In this document: positions 24,214 through 27,854 of the stretch, piece after piece
Layout: the number at the start of each line of letters is the position of its first letter
How positions within the stretch are numbered: the stretch's first letter is position 1
Origin: Planctomycetota bacterium
GTDB lineage: Bacteria; Planctomycetota; UBA11346
Direction: 5' to 3'
Assembly (NCBI GenBank): GCA_038213805.1
Contig: JBBQSO010000070.1
Span: forward strand, 1 to 27,854
Length of the DNA stretch: 27,854 bases
The notes under the pieces: model-generated
What the model was told of the DNA's origin: nothing
The model's input: the letters and a program-made list of their open reading frames with translations, nothing else
The model's database searches: none
Program-made: the position numbers and the translations under genes

Positions 24214-26235
24214 ATGCGCACCTCCCTCGCCTCACTCTCCACTCTCGCCTCGCGCTGCTCTTTCTCATCGGTACGGCTCGCCGGCGCCCTGCTCGCCTGC
24301 GCGCTGGGAACCGGCCACGCCGCCAGCGCCGCCAGTGCCGTCACCACACCGCTGCCGCCACTGTTGGTCGATCCCGAGGAACCGATCGTCTTCCCCGCCG
24401 ATGCCGGGGTGATCGACGTGACCAAGGCGCCGTATAATGCCAAGGGCGACGGCAAGACGGATGACAGCGATGCGATCCAGAAGGCGCTGGACGATTATCC
24501 ATCAAACAACCGCATCATCTACCTGCCCAATGGCACCTACCTGGTGTCGCACCAGATCGAGTTCGGCATCTCCCGACGCTTCCATCCTGATAAGAAGATC
24601 GACGGTAAGGATGGTCAGCACCAGCGGCTGACCATTCTGCAAGGTCAGACGCGCGATAAGGCGATCATCAAGCTCGTCGACAACTGCCCGGAATTCCAGA
24701 CCAGCGGCATCAACGAGAAGGAGAAGGACATCGGCCGGCCGCTGGTGCGCGGCGTGGTGTGGACCGGCGAGAACGTCGCCCAGCACTTCCGCAACGCGAT
24801 CCGCAACCTGACCGTCGACACCGGCAAGGGCAATCCGGGCGCAGCTGGCGTGCAGTTCAATGCCAGCAACCAAGGCTGCATGCATGCGGTGAAGATCGTC
24901 AGTGGCGACGGCCAGGGCGGCATCGGCCTGGACATCGGATTCACCGGCGATTCCGGCCCGGCCGAGGTGCGCCACCTGGAGGTGATCGGTTTTGACTACG
25001 GTGTCTGGGCGTCGAATCTCAACTCGTTCACGGTGTGGGACGTGAAGTTGAAAGGCCAGAAGAAAGCCGGCATCCGCTCGCCCTTCGAGGTGCTGATGCT
25101 GCACCGCGTGCGCAGCGAAAACTCCGTGCCGGCGTTGTCGATCGGCAACCGTTGGGGTTCCTTCGTCACGCTGATCGATGCCGAACTGGTCGGCGGCGCC
25201 GCTGACCAGCCCGCCATCCTGGTCGACGGCAAGCCCAGCGAAAAGCACCTGTTCGCCCGCAATATCAAGGTCGCCGGCTACGGACTGGCGGTGAAATCCA
25301 CGGCCGATGAGAAACTCAACGTCAAGGGCGACATCGACGAATATTCATACGGTCCGATCATCAAGGCCTTCCCCGACTGCGTGTCGCGCACGTTGCGCCT
25401 GCCGGTGAAGGATGCGCCGGCGGTGGCGTGGGGCGATCCAGCCAAGGATTGGGCCAACGTCATCACCAACGGCGCGATCGGCGACGGCAAGAACGACGAC
25501 ACGGTGGCGGTGCAGAAGGCCATCGACAGCGGCGCCAAGGTGGTCTACTTCCCGGGCGGCAAGCAGTACCGCTGCACGCAGCTGATCCTGCGCGCCAACA
25601 TCCAGCGCCTGATCGCCTGCGAAGCCTACCTCAATGCCGAGATCCTGGTCCAGGACGGCAAGGCCCCGGCAGTGGTGATCGAACGCTTCATGCCGATGTG
25701 GGGCAGCAAGGAGGACGCCATGACCATCCGCCAGCAGAGCACGCGCGCGCTGGTGGTGCGCGACATCAACGGCTGGATCTACCAGGAAAACACCGGTGAC
25801 GTCTTCATCGACGACGTGGTCGGCGGCCTTTATCTGAACAAACCCGGTGCCAGCGCCTGGTGCCGCTACTTCAATTACGAGGTCTCGCCCATGCTTGGCC
25901 TGGTCAATCACGGCGCCAATCTGTGGATCATGGGCAGCAAGGTCGAACATCCCAACCCGCAGGTCGAGTTGCTGGACGGCAGCCGCACCGAGATTCTTGG
26001 CGCGATGTGGTACGCCGGGTTCGGCGAGGTGGTGGTCAAACCGGGCATGCACATCGTCGATTCCGCAGTCACCCTGGTCGGCCACCGTCAGCACAGCTTC
26101 GGCTCGGGAAAGTGGCTGAACTGGATCAAGGCAGAACGTGGCGGCGAGACGTTCATATGGAAGGACTGGGCGATCGACTTCCTGAGCACCGCGACGCAGA
26201 AGGATCTCGACGCGGTGAAGGCGATGAAGAAGTAG
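24214..26235 (+). CDS. Secreted beta-helix carbohydrate-active enzyme (pectate lyase 3 / GH55-like fold)
   Basis: Two copies of the motif: DVTKAPYNAKGDGKTDDSDAIQKAL..IYLPNGTYLVS and NVITNGAIGDGKNDDTVAVQKAID..VYFPGG; signal peptide after ATG 24214. Confidence 0.88.
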   Translation: MRTSLASLSTLASRCSFSSVRLAGALLACALGTGHAASAASAVTTPLPPLLVDPEEPIVFPADAGVIDVTKAPYNAKGDGKTDDSDAIQKALDDYPSNNRIIYLPNGTYLVSHQIEFGISRRFHPDKKIDGKDGQHQRLTILQGQTRDKAIIKLVDNCPEFQTSGINEKEKDIGRPLVRGVVWTGENVAQHFRNAIRNLTVDTGKGNPGAAGVQFNASNQGCMHAVKIVSGDGQGGIGLDIGFTGDSGPAEVRHLEVIGFDYGVWASNLNSFTVWDVKLKGQKKAGIRSPFEVLMLHRVRSENSVPALSIGNRWGSFVTLIDAELVGGAADQPAILVDGKPSEKHLFARNIKVAGYGLAVKSTADEKLNVKGDIDEYSYGPIIKAFPDCVSRTLRLPVKDAPAVAWGDPAKDWANVITNGAIGDGKNDDTVAVQKAIDSGAKVVYFPGGKQYRCTQLILRANIQRLIACEAYLNAEILVQDGKAPAVVIERFMPMWGSKEDAMTIRQQSTRALVVRDINGWIYQENTGDVFIDDVVGGLYLNKPGASAWCRYFNYEVSPMLGLVNHGANLWIMGSKVEHPNPQVELLDGSRTEILGAMWYAGFGEVVVKPGMHIVDSAVTLVGHRQHSFGSGKWLNWIKAERGGETFIWKDWAIDFLSTATQKDLDAVKAMKK

Positions 26236-26270
26236 TCCGCACCGCCGATCCCAGCTGTGGGCACCTGCGC

Positions 26271-26305
26271 AGCCCAGCCCAGCCCAGCCCAGCCCAGCTT
26301 AGCTT
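26271..26305. repeat. Pentanucleotide microsatellite (AGCCC)5(AGCTT)2
   Basis: Read directly from the sequence. Confidence 0.9.
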
Positions 26306-26566
26306 AGCTGAGATGCGCCGACTATGCGCAGGCACCGCCCACACGAGTCCGGACGCCACGGTCGCGGCGCACCATGCGACCTTCAGGCCGCGCCGCGGAC
26401 GCCGGTTCTGCACCGGCGCCGAGACCTGCAGCAGCAAGGGATGCACGGCGACCGGCTCGCCGCGCCTGGCGGGCATGGTGTGCGGGGTGACTCGCGCGCA
26501 CCAGCACCGCGCGCTGATTGGGATTTGCAGGACAAGGAACTGGAGTCGAGTCCGCAGGATGCGTGA

Positions 26567-27316
26567 TCAGGCGATCCGCCCCGCCCGCATCGCCAACGGC
26601 CATGCGATCGCGCGCGCCTCTTCAGGCTTCCCCCACGCCCGGCGCAGATCGTCGGCGATCGCCGCGAGCGGATCCTTGCGGGTGCGGCGCTGGTGCGCCT
26701 TCACGCCCGACCAGGTGGCGAGGTAGCCGGTCAGGTGCGCCAGCGTCCAGCGCTCCTCGATCTGCAGCGTGGGCGCCGTGAGCTCGGTCAGCGGGAAGGG
26801 CAGGGAGCGGTAGCCCTGCTCGACGTGGACGCGTTCCGGCGGCCAGTCCTTGCCGAGCAGGTCGTGGTAGAGGTGGTCGATGACGCGGTCGACGCCCGCA
26901 TCGACGCGGCATAGGCCATAGCCGATGGCGGCGAAGGCGCCGCCAGGGCGGGCGAGGCGGCGCAGCTCCGGGAAGAAGCGTGCGTGGTCGAACCAGTGGA
27001 AGGCCTGCGCGGCGATGATCAGGTCGGCGCACTGCGCGGGCAGGCCAGTGGCCTCTGCTGGGGCGACGCCATAGGTCACGCGGGCATGCGGAGTGGCCTG
27101 CGCGATCTGCTCGGCGCTGGGATCGAGCGCCTGCACCGTGGCGAAGTAGCCGGCCAGCCCGGCGCTCGCCTGACCGTTGCCGCAGCCCAGATCGAGCGCT
27201 GCGCCGTGCCGCTGCACCAGCGTCGAAAGCCACGCGAACAGCGCTGGCGGATAGCCGGGACGGCAGGCGCGGTAGTCCTGGGCGTGGGCGGAGAAGTGGT
27301 CTTTGAAGCCGGCCAT
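26567..27316 (-). CDS. Class I SAM-dependent methyltransferase
   Basis: AGGAGG then ATG 27316; FKDHFS..Y...RPGYP; ALDLGCGNGQAS; LDPSAEQI; AQAFHWFD. Confidence 0.94.
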   Translation of the reverse strand: MAGFKDHFSAHAQDYRACRPGYPPALFAWLSTLVQRHGAALDLGCGNGQASAGLAGYFATVQALDPSAEQIAQATPHARVTYGVAPAEATGLPAQCADLIIAAQAFHWFDHARFFPELRRLARPGGAFAAIGYGLCRVDAGVDRVIDHLYHDLLGKDWPPERVHVEQGYRSLPFPLTELTAPTLQIEERWTLAHLTGYLATWSGVKAHQRRTRKDPLAAIADDLRRAWGKPEEARAIAWPLAMRAGRIA

Positions 27317-27444
27317 GGGCGCCTCCTGCGGGGAGGAGCGTAGCACGGCGGCTGAGAGTGGCGATCCATCTGCGCGTGCAGGTGCGGCACCTGCACCCGG
27401 TCGCGGATCGCGCCCTCAACGCCCCCGCCCCCCACGACCTCGCT

Positions 27445-27491
27445 CTCGCGCCTCGCGCCTCGCGCCTCGCGCCTCGCGCCTCGCGCCTCGC
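27445..27491. repeat. Heptanucleotide tandem repeat (CTCGCGC), about 6.7 copies
   Basis: Read directly from the sequence; intergenic. Confidence 0.9.
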
Positions 27492-27543
27492 CTGCTCGCG
27501 GCTCGCGGCGCCAGTTCATGCACGCGCTCGCCCGATTGTTTCG

Positions 27544-27852
27544 TCAGTCCCCCGTCCCTGGGTCAACGTCGCGCGTGGTCGGTTCTGTCTTGTCGCTCAC
27601 GTCGAGCGCGACCTCCAGGGTCTTCCCCACCACCTTGTTGCCCAGGCGGATCGCACCGTAGATCCCCGAGAGCCACAGATCGTGCACGGCGTGTACTGCT
27701 TTGGCGGGCTTGGCGATCGGCGGGATCGCCTCCAGCACCGTGAAGGTGCGCGCGGCGGTGGCCTTGTGCACGTCCTCCACCGCCTTGGAGCCGTGCTCCA
27801 CCGCCTCCTCGACCAGCGCACGCAGACCGCGCAGGCGCTTCCGGCTACTCAT
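27544..27852 (-). CDS. Small helical hypothetical protein (102 aa)
   Basis: Clean high-GC3 ORF (LRGLRALVEEAVEHGSKAVEDVH..IYGAIR); start lies at the window edge. Confidence 0.75.
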   Translation of the reverse strand: MSSRKRLRGLRALVEEAVEHGSKAVEDVHKATAARTFTVLEAIPPIAKPAKAVHAVHDLWLSGIYGAIRLGNKVVGKTLEVALDVSDKTEPTTRDVDPGTGD

Positions 27853-27854
27853 GC

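Overview
High-GC bacterial window; the gene content (membrane Ser/Thr kinase, DLxPLAGMPL-type LRR proteins, secreted glycosidases) suggests a Planctomycetota-like host, which is an inference. The flanks are ordinary: a Ser/Thr kinase (485-2950), a GH2, two tandem LRR/Ig paralogues, an M90/MtfA-like peptidase, a GntR-LacI regulator with a clan GH-A glycosidase, an SRPBCC protein, a LacI regulator with a beta-helix enzyme, and a SAM methyltransferase. The unusual part is about 3050-8760, which is not explained by the ORF track. It contains a REP-associated tyrosine transposase with five REP copies inside its own reading frame. It also contains a minus-strand array of about 18 tRNA or tRNA-like genes (4140-7308) covering 16 amino acids, with no intact Phe, Leu, Ser or Tyr gene found. 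The array is split into two units, and each is headed by the same cassette: sigma70-like promoter, near-leaderless leader ORF, alternative hairpins with a terminator, then TTTGACAAC (boxA-like). Many tRNAs are non-canonical: a D-armless Ile(UAU), an 8/4 Cys-like RNA, Arg(GCG) plus Arg(UCG), a His anticodon on a Gln-like body, four with C33, and a chimera joined in the T-loop. Embedded in the array are a small SEC-C zinc-finger gene that appears to need +1 shifts at UUU_C and two unexplained structured RNAs. A triple-HTH protein is transcribed divergently from the array. My best hypothesis is a translation-stress-sensing backup tRNA system. All tRNA folds were read by eye and need tRNAscan-SE/Infernal confirmation.
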